DNA of 24,778 nucleotides, taken from a virus. Taxonomy: Duplodnaviria > Caudoviricetes. The notes below the pieces were generated by a model. That model did no database searches. It saw only the letters and a program-made list of their open reading frames with translations, and had not been told where the DNA came from. Both the position numbers and the translations under genes were made by a program. Of the stretch, positions 1 to 8,036 are shown piece after piece (within the stretch, counting starts at the first letter, position 1; each line of letters starts with the position of its first letter). The stretch spans positions 1 through 24,778 of IMG/VR virus record IMGVR_UViG_3300044580_000024, one strand, 5' to 3'.

Positions 1-395
1 TCTACGACATAGCCGCCAACACCTGGGCAACAGGTGCAGTAGCTCCAGCCTCCGCCAGTCGCTATACCTCCCAACTCTACAACGGCAAAATCTACTGTCC
101 ACAGAGCGGCGGTACAGCCATGCACATCTACGACATAGCCGCCAACACCTGGGCAACAGGTGCAGTAGCTCCAGCCCCCGCCTCCGCAGCTCGACAAACA
201 AGCCAGCTATACAACGGTAAAATATACTGTCCACAGAGCGGCGGTACAGCCATGCACATCTACGACATAGCCGCCAACACCTGGTCCCCCGGTGCAGTAG
301 CTCCAGCCCCAGCTTCCGTATTTCGACAAACAAGCCAGCTATACAACGGTAAAATATACTGTCCACAGAGCACCGGTGACGCACTCCACATCTAT
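1..395 (+). repeat. Tandem coding repeat, about 3 units of 126/132/132 bp starting at 1, 127 and 259 (a fourth begins at 391)
   Basis: Perfect blocks: 1-50 = 127-176; 93-152 = 225-284; 191-239 = 323-371. Confidence 0.97.
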
Positions 396-419
396 ACAGC
401 TCTAGCATTTACGGTATAG
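1..419 (+). CDS. Kelch-like repeat (beta-propeller) protein, 5'-truncated by the window; possible receptor-binding protein
   Basis: The frame is open from position 3 (YDIAANTWATGAVAPASASRYTSQLYNGKIYCPQSGGTAM...), so ATG 120 is internal. The 42-44 aa repeats carry Kelch hallmarks YD...NTW, P..R, YNGKIY and GG. Stop TAG at 417-419. Confidence 0.8.
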   Translation, partial: YDIAANTWATGAVAPASASRYTSQLYNGKIYCPQSGGTAMHIYDIAANTWATGAVAPAPASAARQTSQLYNGKIYCPQSGGTAMHIYDIAANTWSPGAVAPAPASVFRQTSQLYNGKIYCPQSTGDALHIYTALAFTV

Positions 420-430
420 GAGGTACATAC

Positions 431-847
431 ATGGCTGCAATTCCTTCTGAAACAAAAGAACAAATGATGAGGGTTCTTCGGGAGTTTGTAAACCTTGGGG
501 TCATTGGACGTTCATTCGACAACGCCGGTGTACCCCGTGGATATCATAAAAAGTGGCTTGAGGAGTACCCCATCTATAAGAAACGCTTCGAGGAAGTCAA
601 GGAAATGTTCGTTGATGGTCTCGAGGTTGTAGCTATTCAGAGAGCTAAAGACAAATCTGACTCTCTGCTTACTCTTATGCTCAAAGCTCACAGACGTGAA
701 GTATATGGTGATAAATCTGAGATTGAACACAAGGGTCTTAAGAATCAAATTCAGCTCGTATTCGCAGAGTCTATGCTTACTGAAGAAGAGAAAAAGTTAC
801 TTCAAGGAACGGAGGAAGAGTCTGATGGCGAAGAAAGTAATGAGTGA
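431..847 (+). CDS. terS: Terminase small subunit
   Basis: GGAGGT RBS. HTH-like N-terminus and SDSLLTLMLKAHRREVYGDKSEIEH segment typical of small terminases. Lies just upstream of TerL. Confidence 0.75.
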   Translation: MAAIPSETKEQMMRVLREFVNLGVIGRSFDNAGVPRGYHKKWLEEYPIYKKRFEEVKEMFVDGLEVVAIQRAKDKSDSLLTLMLKAHRREVYGDKSEIEHKGLKNQIQLVFAESMLTEEEKKLLQGTEEESDGEESNE

Positions 848-1028
848 CCCGTGGCAAGCTGAGAGCGACGCTCGTATACTTAGAGAACATGCTGAGATTT
901 GCAACGACTCTAAGAGGGTTAATGCTGCCCAGAAAGTTCTTAAAGAGCAAGCCAAAAGCATTGACCGGGCTCTTGGTAAAGACAGACCTGTAAAGAGACG
1001 TCCTTCCTCGAAGAAAACCTACATCTAA
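825..1028 (+). CDS. Small basic hypothetical phage protein (67 aa, MAKKVMSDPWQAESDARIL...)
   Basis: GGAGGA at 811-816 precedes ATG 825, and the ORF fills the terS-terL gap. The track's start at 696 lies deep inside terS. Confidence 0.75.
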   Translation: MAKKVMSDPWQAESDARILREHAEICNDSKRVNAAQKVLKEQAKSIDRALGKDRPVKRRPSSKKTYI

Positions 1029-1062
1029 CCTTTGACTCTAGAAAGGAGGTGACCAATAACAC

Positions 1063-2538
1063 ATGGCCTCCAGGAGAAGACTGAGTCCGGCTCGTCAGCT
1101 GGCTAGATACGAACCACATCCTCATCAAATAGTCTTTCACCAAGATACTCATAAGTACAGAGCTCTTGTTTCCGGGGTTGGCGCAGGAAAAACACGAATG
1201 GGCGTTGAAGAAGTCATAAAATGGACCCAGTTGTATCCTGGGAGCCTTGGTGTTATTGGACGTCTCACTTCTAAGGCTCTTAAAGAGACCACACAGAGAC
1301 GATTTTTCGAGGTATGTGACCCTCGACTTATCGAAAGCTTCAATATCTCAGAGGGCCACCTGTGGTTGAAGACTAATGCAGTCGATGAAGAAGAAAAACC
1401 TATCTACTCTGAGATACTTTTCATGCACTTGGATGAGCCTGGTCCTCTTGGTTCTCTCGATATTTCTTACTTTTGGATTGATGAAGCTCACGAACCCGAC
1501 GGCACAGAAGTGCCTGAGGCTACTTTCGATATGCTTACAGCTCGTTTACGCCATCCTGTTGGCCCCTGGAGAGGCTTTGTAACCTCTAACTCAGGCGGTA
1601 AAGACTGGGTTTGGGACAAGTTTTTCAACCCAAGCAAGAGAAAAACTTTCAAAGAATATGCTGGCTGGACTGCACCAACCGCTGCTAATGCAAAATTTCT
1701 TCCTGATGGCTATGTTGAAGAGCTTTCACGCACACATACTCAAATATGGGTCGAACGTTTTCTTAATGCAAGCTTTGACGCCTTCGAAGGACAGATATTT
1801 ACCGATTTTGATGAAGCTGTCCATACATATAACCCTCGAGAAATGGAACTTAGCCCTTATTGGGAACATGGAGCAGGCTTTGATTTTGGTGTAAGTGCTC
1901 CAACTTGTGCTGAATATGGCTGTATTAACAGAGATGGTCAGATTATCATCTATGGTGAGGACTATAAGCCTGAGGCCAACATTGAAAGCTTCGCAAAAAG
2001 CATTAAAAGTCGAGGATTCACCCATGTTTATGCTGACCCATCTGTGGTAAACAGAGGACCGAACAAGAAAAGCCCTAAACAGCTCTATCAAGAGCAAGAT
2101 GTGTACCTTATTCCTGCTTCTAACGATGAAGACTTCTTTCTTACTTACTTTATCAAATTGCTTCGAGGTCGTACTTCTGATGGCAGACCGTTGATTATGA
2201 TAAGTACGGAGTGTAAATACTTAATAGACCAGATTAAAAGTGCTGCTTGGGACCCCAAAACCATATCTGGGAGTACTCACGACAAGGTTAAAAGAGACGA
2301 AAATCATGCTCGAGATGCCCTCAAATACTTTATCAATGGAATGTGCTTTATGCCTAGTGTTTTGGACCCAGTTACTCCCACAGATAGTAAAAAGCCTAAA
2401 GGCTTAACCGTTAATGGAAACTGGGAGCATGAAAGCTTCCTCGACGATAAGGATTTTGATTCTGAGACATATTGTCACCCCGAGATAAAGGAGGCTGTAC
2501 TAGATGCTACTTACGGTAATGCTCATAGCCGGGCTTGA
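1063..2538 (+). CDS. terL: Terminase large subunit
   Basis: Q motif (PHPHQ), Walker A SGVGAGKT, Walker B YFWIDEA, coupling motif TSN, RNase H-like nuclease (GFDFG ... YADPS ... ENHARDALKY). AAGGAGGT RBS. Confidence 0.95.
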   Translation: MASRRRLSPARQLARYEPHPHQIVFHQDTHKYRALVSGVGAGKTRMGVEEVIKWTQLYPGSLGVIGRLTSKALKETTQRRFFEVCDPRLIESFNISEGHLWLKTNAVDEEEKPIYSEILFMHLDEPGPLGSLDISYFWIDEAHEPDGTEVPEATFDMLTARLRHPVGPWRGFVTSNSGGKDWVWDKFFNPSKRKTFKEYAGWTAPTAANAKFLPDGYVEELSRTHTQIWVERFLNASFDAFEGQIFTDFDEAVHTYNPREMELSPYWEHGAGFDFGVSAPTCAEYGCINRDGQIIIYGEDYKPEANIESFAKSIKSRGFTHVYADPSVVNRGPNKKSPKQLYQEQDVYLIPASNDEDFFLTYFIKLLRGRTSDGRPLIMISTECKYLIDQIKSAAWDPKTISGSTHDKVKRDENHARDALKYFINGMCFMPSVLDPVTPTDSKKPKGLTVNGNWEHESFLDDKDFDSETYCHPEIKEAVLDATYGNAHSRA

Positions 2539-2725
2539 GGTCTTTGGTGTAACTTGTTTCTTGCTTGGTCATCTCTTGGGACGGCAATTTGAGAGAAACT
2601 TCAAGTGCAAGCTTCCTAAGGTTGAACTGCCAGAAGATGTGTTAGACCCGGTTACCCCCGAAGACCAGATGCTTATGAAGAAACTGGAGGAGGAGAAGAT
2701 ATATGGCCATACTGAAGAAGAATAA
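2504..2725 (+). CDS. Small membrane-anchored hypothetical protein (73 aa)
   Basis: AAGGAGG RBS upstream. Hydrophobic N-terminal ~27 aa followed by a charged tail. Overlaps the terL end and the portal start. Confidence 0.75.
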   Translation: MLLTVMLIAGLEVFGVTCFLLGHLLGRQFERNFKCKLPKVELPEDVLDPVTPEDQMLMKKLEEEKIYGHTEEE

Positions 2726-4682
2726 AAATAAACAGTATATGCCAACTGACAAAGAGCGTGACCTCCTTCAGAGGATTCACGATAGATATGTAGCTTCTTA
2801 TAACCTCAAGCAGCAGTTGGGCCTCGACACTCTGTGGGCAAAGTGTCAAGACTACTGGTCTGGAGACATAAATCATCCTGTTAATGAAGATGACCCTGGC
2901 TCTGAGACAAACGTAATTCAGCCAATTATTGAGTCCCAGGTTGCTGATATAGTTAACGGGGACCTCGATATTCTTGTAAAAGGACAAGGCCCTTCTGACC
3001 AAGTTTTCGCTACTGAAGTTAATCAAATCCTTAAATGGGTTTGGCACCATAATGGTATGACTAAAAAGCTTGATAGCTCTGAAAGAGACCGACTCAATCT
3101 TGGTACTATCATTATTAAGGTCTACTGGGACAAAGATGCAATGGGTGGAAGAGGTATTCCTACAATTTGTCCTTTATCCCCTGACTGTTTCTTCCCTGAC
3201 CCCAAAGTTACTGATGTGGACTACCTGCAAGATGCAGACTACATGATACAGACCTCTTGGTACTCTCGTCGGAAGCTCCGTCAGTTGTTCGGAGACCGAG
3301 CCCACTTTGTAAAACCAGAACCAACTGGCCAAGCCTATGACCCCCGAATCTTTGGTGAAGGGGATTATGCTGGCTCTGACGACGTGACTAATGACCAAGC
3401 TTGCTTATTTGAGTACTGGGAACGCAAGGATGATGGAAAATTACGTCTAGTATATTGCACAAGAGACGTAATTCTTGCTGACTCTGACGAGGACAAAGAA
3501 GATAATATTGCTTCGATTCCTGAAGAGTCTGATAAATACCCCTTCGTTATGCTCCTTGGCTATAAGAAAAAAGGAAGACTCTGGGGTATGGGCGATACTG
3601 AGTCCCTCATTCAGGTTCAAGATATTATCAATGACTTGGATGACCAAATAAGAATGAACGCTCGTCTTATGGGCAACCTTCAAATAGTTGTTGGTGTAGG
3701 GTCTGGTATTAACATTAACAAGTGGACTAATAAGCCTGGTCTTAAAATACCGGCCAAAGACCATACTGCTTGGCAAACTGTGCAACCTCCTTACATTCCT
3801 GCCTACATCAATAACCGTCGTGAGAAAGCCTTTTACGAGACTGAACTTATCTCTGGACGCTCTGAAGTTGTTGAAGGTAGACGCTCTGGGAGTCTTCGTG
3901 CTGCCTCTGCCATACTTGCTCTTCAAGAGGCTGGCTCTCGTAGAGCTAACCACAAGAAGCTTATGTTGCAAGATGGTCTCCGTGAAGTTATGAACTTGGT
4001 TCTCGACTATGTAAAAGAGTTTATGACCACCGAGCAAGCCTTTGACATAACCGAGAAAGACAAGACTGACTACCTGTGGTTCAGGGGTTCAGACCTTAAA
4101 GCCATACCCCAACTTACACTTAATGAGAATTTTACCCCCACAAGTGATGATGCAGACATGAGGGGAAGGTATAAACCTTTATACGATGAGCCAACTATTG
4201 ACCCGACTACAGGTGAAGAGATACCCGGTGAGCTTATGACCAAGAATGCTGAGTTTGATCTCGAGGTTTACATAGGGGCTGGGATGCCTAATAACAAGTC
4301 CTTCATTTATGAGGCTGCTGTTGAACTCCACAGAGAAAACATTGTTACTACTGAGGAAACTCGTGAAGTGCTTAAGAAAATGCTTAACTGGCCTATCATC
4401 GACCCGTGGAAACCTGAGGGCATCTTCTCGGGACGCAATAGTTCTGCTGAACAGTTAGATATAGCTAATTCGATAGCAACACCTCAAGCTCCCGAGGTTC
4501 CCCCGTCACCGATGGGTAGTGCTCCCGTTGGGCCACAGATTGACCCGGTTATGATACAGCAAATACAGGCTATGGTACAGTCTGGTAATGTAGACCAGAA
4601 TCAACTCTATGCTATACTTAGTCAGTTACCTCCTGAAGCTCTTAACATGATTCTGGCTGGAATACAAGGAGGGGTAATATGA
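2703..4682 (+). CDS. Portal protein (P22/podovirus-like)
   Basis: 659 aa directly after terminase. Segments NVIQPIIESQVA, LGTIIIKVYWD, FFPDP, YPFV and LWGMGDTESLIQVQDIIN are typical of this portal class. Pro/Gln/Met-rich C-terminal tail. Confidence 0.9.
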   Translation: MAILKKNKNKQYMPTDKERDLLQRIHDRYVASYNLKQQLGLDTLWAKCQDYWSGDINHPVNEDDPGSETNVIQPIIESQVADIVNGDLDILVKGQGPSDQVFATEVNQILKWVWHHNGMTKKLDSSERDRLNLGTIIIKVYWDKDAMGGRGIPTICPLSPDCFFPDPKVTDVDYLQDADYMIQTSWYSRRKLRQLFGDRAHFVKPEPTGQAYDPRIFGEGDYAGSDDVTNDQACLFEYWERKDDGKLRLVYCTRDVILADSDEDKEDNIASIPEESDKYPFVMLLGYKKKGRLWGMGDTESLIQVQDIINDLDDQIRMNARLMGNLQIVVGVGSGININKWTNKPGLKIPAKDHTAWQTVQPPYIPAYINNRREKAFYETELISGRSEVVEGRRSGSLRAASAILALQEAGSRRANHKKLMLQDGLREVMNLVLDYVKEFMTTEQAFDITEKDKTDYLWFRGSDLKAIPQLTLNENFTPTSDDADMRGRYKPLYDEPTIDPTTGEEIPGELMTKNAEFDLEVYIGAGMPNNKSFIYEAAVELHRENIVTTEETREVLKKMLNWPIIDPWKPEGIFSGRNSSAEQLDIANSIATPQAPEVPPSPMGSAPVGPQIDPVMIQQIQAMVQSGNVDQNQLYAILSQLPPEALNMILAGIQGGVI

Positions 4683-4945
4683 TTATTTCTGACCCTAATG
4701 AAAGAGATAAACTGCTTCGAGAGAAGTTTATGGGCCACAGTACCGAGAGTCCTTTGATAAGGCTTTATACCGATATGAACAGAGAAAGAATCTTATCTCT
4801 ACCTGTGTGCCCAAGATGTGAGAGAATCGGTCTTCGGGACAGAGGCTGGGCAGCTCTCAAAATCATGACCTGTCCCCACTGTGGCTATCACGGTAAGGCC
4901 ACACATCAACTGTCAGCATACCTCAATGAGGGTTGTTATAAGTAG
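4679..4945 (+). CDS. Small zinc-ribbon protein (CPRC...CPHC)
   Basis: Two CxxC pairs, ATGA overlap with the portal stop, and an AGGAGGGG RBS. Confidence 0.75.
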   Translation: MIISDPNERDKLLREKFMGHSTESPLIRLYTDMNRERILSLPVCPRCERIGLRDRGWAALKIMTCPHCGYHGKATHQLSAYLNEGCYK

Positions 4946-5034
4946 GGCTCAACACCTACTATGTTGAAGGGTTCAGCTCCTTTAATGCTGTATTACAGGT
5001 GAAGACCTGAAAATACTTAAGGAGGTACTATACC
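4941..5034 (+). promoter_or_regulatory. Structured 5' leader of the scaffold gene with anti-SD and alternative hairpins
   Basis: CTCCTT 4977-4982 is complementary to AAGGAG 5019-5024. It encloses stems GTATT/AATAC and CAGGT-GAAG-ACCTG. Competing stems lie upstream (see findings). Confidence 0.55.
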
Positions 5035-5823
5035 ATGGGAGAGGACAAAAAGGTTTTAACTGAGGTAGAGAATGAAGAACTCGAGGATACGACTCTCGAG
5101 GACGCTGAGGTCGACGAAGAGGCCTTGGAGGAAACTACCGACGAAGGCGAGGAAGGTGCAGAGGGCGAAGAAACCCTCTACACACAGGAACAAGTTGAAA
5201 ATGCTATCAAGACTCGTGTAAGCACTTTCAACCGGAAGCTGGAGAAGATGAAAGGCTATGAGACTACTGTGAAGAAAATCGGAGAAATCACAGGTATGTC
5301 TCCCGAAGCCCTTCTTACCCGGCTGCAGGGCATGTCTGACGCTGAACAGGCAAAGATTCTAGGAATAACTCCTCAGCAGTTTGCCTTACGTCGTCAGGCG
5401 ACTGAAGCTACCCGGACTGCTAATGAAAACATGATGAAGCTTCAGAGGCAGCTGGATGAGCAAAAGTTGCTCTCTGACCCAAAATACAAGGATTACCCGC
5501 TTTACAAGGAAGAGGTGCTGGAGCTGATGGATGATAACCCGAAACTCTCCATGAAACAGGCCTACATTCTGGCTAAAGGGGACAAAGGAACTCAGGCCGC
5601 TGTGCGAGACGCCGAACAGAGAGCTGTCGCTAAGATGACTAAATCCTCTAATCAGAGGGTGGTCAAGCCCGGGGTAACCCCTGGAAAGACAGCACCGAAA
5701 ATCGACGCCGCAACAATTGCAGCTGCCAAGAAGGTTGGAATGGACCCGGCTGAGTACGCTGCCTACTCCAATATCTCTACACTTGACGACTTTGAGAGGA
5801 TGAAATCCCCTAAGAAAGGATGA
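5035..5823 (+). CDS. Capsid scaffolding protein
   Basis: Very acidic N-terminus, YTQEQVENAIKTR motif, coiled-coil body and C-terminal AAKKVGMDPAEYA helix. Sits between portal and capsid. Confidence 0.8.
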   Translation: MGEDKKVLTEVENEELEDTTLEDAEVDEEALEETTDEGEEGAEGEETLYTQEQVENAIKTRVSTFNRKLEKMKGYETTVKKIGEITGMSPEALLTRLQGMSDAEQAKILGITPQQFALRRQATEATRTANENMMKLQRQLDEQKLLSDPKYKDYPLYKEEVLELMDDNPKLSMKQAYILAKGDKGTQAAVRDAEQRAVAKMTKSSNQRVVKPGVTPGKTAPKIDAATIAAAKKVGMDPAEYAAYSNISTLDDFERMKSPKKG

Positions 5824-5827
5824 TACC

Positions 5828-6073
5828 ATGGGCAAGACTAACTACGACATTGTTCAGGCGAACAGCTTTGTCGATGGTGACGGTAACCCTATCGGTGGGT
5901 CTCTCCCTGACCCTCTTTACGCCGATGGTGTTATTGGCACAGCCATCGCAACTGCTGATGCTACGGCCACAGCCTCTATAGAAACGGTAGACCCTACCGA
6001 GTTTGCAGCTGTGGTAGCCCTCGTCAATGCCTGCAAAGCGAAGATAAATACAATTATCGTCGCTGGAAGCTAA
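5828..6073 (+). CDS. Putative head fibre / decoration protein (81 aa)
   Basis: Ala/Thr-rich middle and C-terminal heptad VVALVNACKAKINTII, resembling head-fibre trimerisation ends. Located in the head operon. Confidence 0.5.
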   Translation: MGKTNYDIVQANSFVDGDGNPIGGSLPDPLYADGVIGTAIATADATATASIETVDPTEFAAVVALVNACKAKINTIIVAGS

Positions 6074-6088
6074 GAAAGGAGAAAAATA

Positions 6089-6520
6089 ATGGGTGCTCAA
6101 TATCTTTATTCCCTCGATAACACTCAGCCCATGACGGTGAAAATCGTCACTAATGCTGCTGTGGTTGAGGGCGATATCCTCGCAATTACCTCAGGCCTTG
6201 TGGGTCCCCTCACTACCGCTGATGATGCCATCATCGGTCTCGCGATGGGTGACGCTGCAAGTGGGGCAGAGTGCTCTGTGCTTCTGCTCAACCCTCGCTC
6301 CGTTATCAGAGTCCCCTTTACGGGCTCGACTAAGAAGTTCTTCACTGATGCTGACCGGTTCGGCACTTTGTTCGACTGGGATGCCACAGCCAAAGACCTT
6401 GACCCGGATGATACAACTGGAGGAGTCTTCGCAATCGTCCAGTACAACAATGTGGATAAGACGGCTGGTACGGGCTATGCAGATGTCTGCATTACCTCTG
6501 CTAAGCTGTGGACCGCATAA
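6089..6520 (+). CDS. Putative capsid cement/decoration protein
   Basis: 143 aa, small-residue rich (VVEGDILAI...IIGLAMGDAASG), immediately upstream of the major capsid gene. AAAGGAG RBS. Confidence 0.6.
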   Translation: MGAQYLYSLDNTQPMTVKIVTNAAVVEGDILAITSGLVGPLTTADDAIIGLAMGDAASGAECSVLLLNPRSVIRVPFTGSTKKFFTDADRFGTLFDWDATAKDLDPDDTTGGVFAIVQYNNVDKTAGTGYADVCITSAKLWTA

Positions 6521-6538
6521 GAAAGGAGAGTTTGACTT

Positions 6539-7426
6539 ATGCCTATGCAGTCTGTAAACTTTCAGGCTCTCCTGGAGCCTAAGTTCCGGAAAATCTTCTT
6601 TGAGGCCTACTCGGAGGTCCCGGAACAGTACTCCAAGGTCTTCGACGTAAAGAAGTCGACCAAGGCCAAGGAATACGACTACCATGTCTCCGGCACCGGA
6701 ACGTGGGAGGAGAAACAGCCCTCCGGTCCTATCGCTGAAGACTCCATCGAGCACGGCCAGGAGGTCACTTACATCCACAAGTCATATGCCAAGATGATTT
6801 CTGTGGAACGTGAGTTAGCTGACGACGACCAGTACAATATCATCGACAAGCTCCCCAGAAGCCTGGGTCGTGGCTGCCGTGTGACCATTGAGGAGACAGC
6901 AATTAAAATCCTCAACAACGGCTTTGCTACCAACGGCTATGACGGGGTGCCGCTGTTCTCCAATGCACATCCTCTGCTCCGTGGTGGCACCGCTAGCAAC
7001 CTTCTCACCGGAGCTGCCTTGGACGACACTTCCCTAAAGCTCGCCTTGGCTCACATGAGGACTCAGACCCTAACACAGGAAGGCTTCAAAATGCAGGCCA
7101 ACGCCAAACAGCTTATTGTTCATCCGGACAACGAGTTCGTGGCTTTGACTCTTATGCAGTCTTCTCAGACCGCTGGCACCGGTAACAACGACAAGAACGT
7201 AATCAAGGACCGTATGTCCGTTGTGGTGCTCGACTATCTCGACGACTCGGACGTTTGGTTCCTCCGTGACCCCCGTCTCTCCGAGACGAACTTCTTCTGG
7301 AGAGTCAAGCCCGAGTTCAAGTCCACGGAAGTCTTCGACAACATGGTTGCCAAGTACCGTGGCTACTGCCGCTTCTCCGTTGGTTATTCCGACTGGAGAG
7401 GCTGGGTCGGCAATCCTGGAGCCTAA
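6539..7426 (+). CDS. Major capsid protein (HK97 fold, Mu gpT-like group)
   Basis: 295 aa with LLEP..RKIFFEAY, HKSYAKMISVERELADDDQY, GYDGVPLFSNAHP, LIVHP and RFSVGYSDWRG segments. Strong C-ending codon bias suggests high expression. Confidence 0.9.
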   Translation: MPMQSVNFQALLEPKFRKIFFEAYSEVPEQYSKVFDVKKSTKAKEYDYHVSGTGTWEEKQPSGPIAEDSIEHGQEVTYIHKSYAKMISVERELADDDQYNIIDKLPRSLGRGCRVTIEETAIKILNNGFATNGYDGVPLFSNAHPLLRGGTASNLLTGAALDDTSLKLALAHMRTQTLTQEGFKMQANAKQLIVHPDNEFVALTLMQSSQTAGTGNNDKNVIKDRMSVVVLDYLDDSDVWFLRDPRLSETNFFWRVKPEFKSTEVFDNMVAKYRGYCRFSVGYSDWRGWVGNPGA

Positions 7427-7454
7427 GAATTAAGTAGAAAGGAGGGGACCCATT

Positions 7455-8036
7455 ATGACCGGAAGAGACTTATTTAGACAACTCCAACAGTTCGGCGACC
7501 TCGATGTGCAGGAGCCCACAGTTCTTGGCTGGATTGATATGTGCCAAAAGAAGTCCTCCTTAGATTTACCTGTGGTACAGTCAGTGACGGCTATGAGTGT
7601 TGTGGACGGTACTGTTGTCGACGTACCTAACGGGGTGTTTAGGGTTTTGACCGCAAGTGATGGGTACCCTCTATCTGCTATTGAGGTTGGCGCTAATACA
7701 TTGATTCTCCATCAAGCTGCTGACTTTGTAACTATTACCTACTCCTCTATAGCTCCTGACTACACTAATATGGATGCCGAGTTGACCATTCACCCTTCTC
7801 TTCATGCTCCCATGGTATACTTTCTTGTAAGTATGTACTACGATATGGAAGGTGAGGGGGATACTGAAGAAAGTGGGCTTGCTGAACGGTTTTACCAAAG
7901 GTGGGTTTACTACCGCAATATGGCCATAGCTGCCCTTACAGGTACTGACTATGACTTACCTAGTAGAGAACCTGTGCCAACAAAAGACGTGTTACCTCGC
8001 ACAAGGCATGTAAGGAGGGATCCGTACTTTGAATAG
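7455..8036 (+). CDS. Head-tail adaptor (tail tubular protein A-like)
   Basis: Directly follows the capsid gene. 193 aa with the pattern ITY...P...ELTIHPSLHAPMVYFLVSMYY...AERFYQRW typical of adaptors. Confidence 0.65.
   Translation: MTGRDLFRQLQQFGDLDVQEPTVLGWIDMCQKKSSLDLPVVQSVTAMSVVDGTVVDVPNGVFRVLTASDGYPLSAIEVGANTLILHQAADFVTITYSSIAPDYTNMDAELTIHPSLHAPMVYFLVSMYYDMEGEGDTEESGLAERFYQRWVYYRNMAIAALTGTDYDLPSREPVPTKDVLPRTRHVRRDPYFE

Noticed and set aside
1-395. Diversity-generating retroelement TR/VR pair or CRISPR array
   Set aside because: The repeats are in-frame tandem coding units. Differences are not adenine-specific and include a 6-nt indel. There are no unique spacers and no reverse transcriptase in the window.
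696-824. N-terminal extension of the 110-aa ORF in the track
   Set aside because: It overlaps terS with no RBS. ATG 825 has a good RBS.
3447-6778. Long antisense or alternative-frame ORFs (3447-4037, 5386-5835, 6153-6557, 6191-6778)
   Set aside because: They are shadows of codon-biased portal, scaffold and capsid genes, with no RBS or recognisable motifs.
7400-7454. Programmed frameshift or read-through extension of the major capsid protein
   Set aside because: No slippery heptamer is evident before the TAA, and further stops follow within a few codons.
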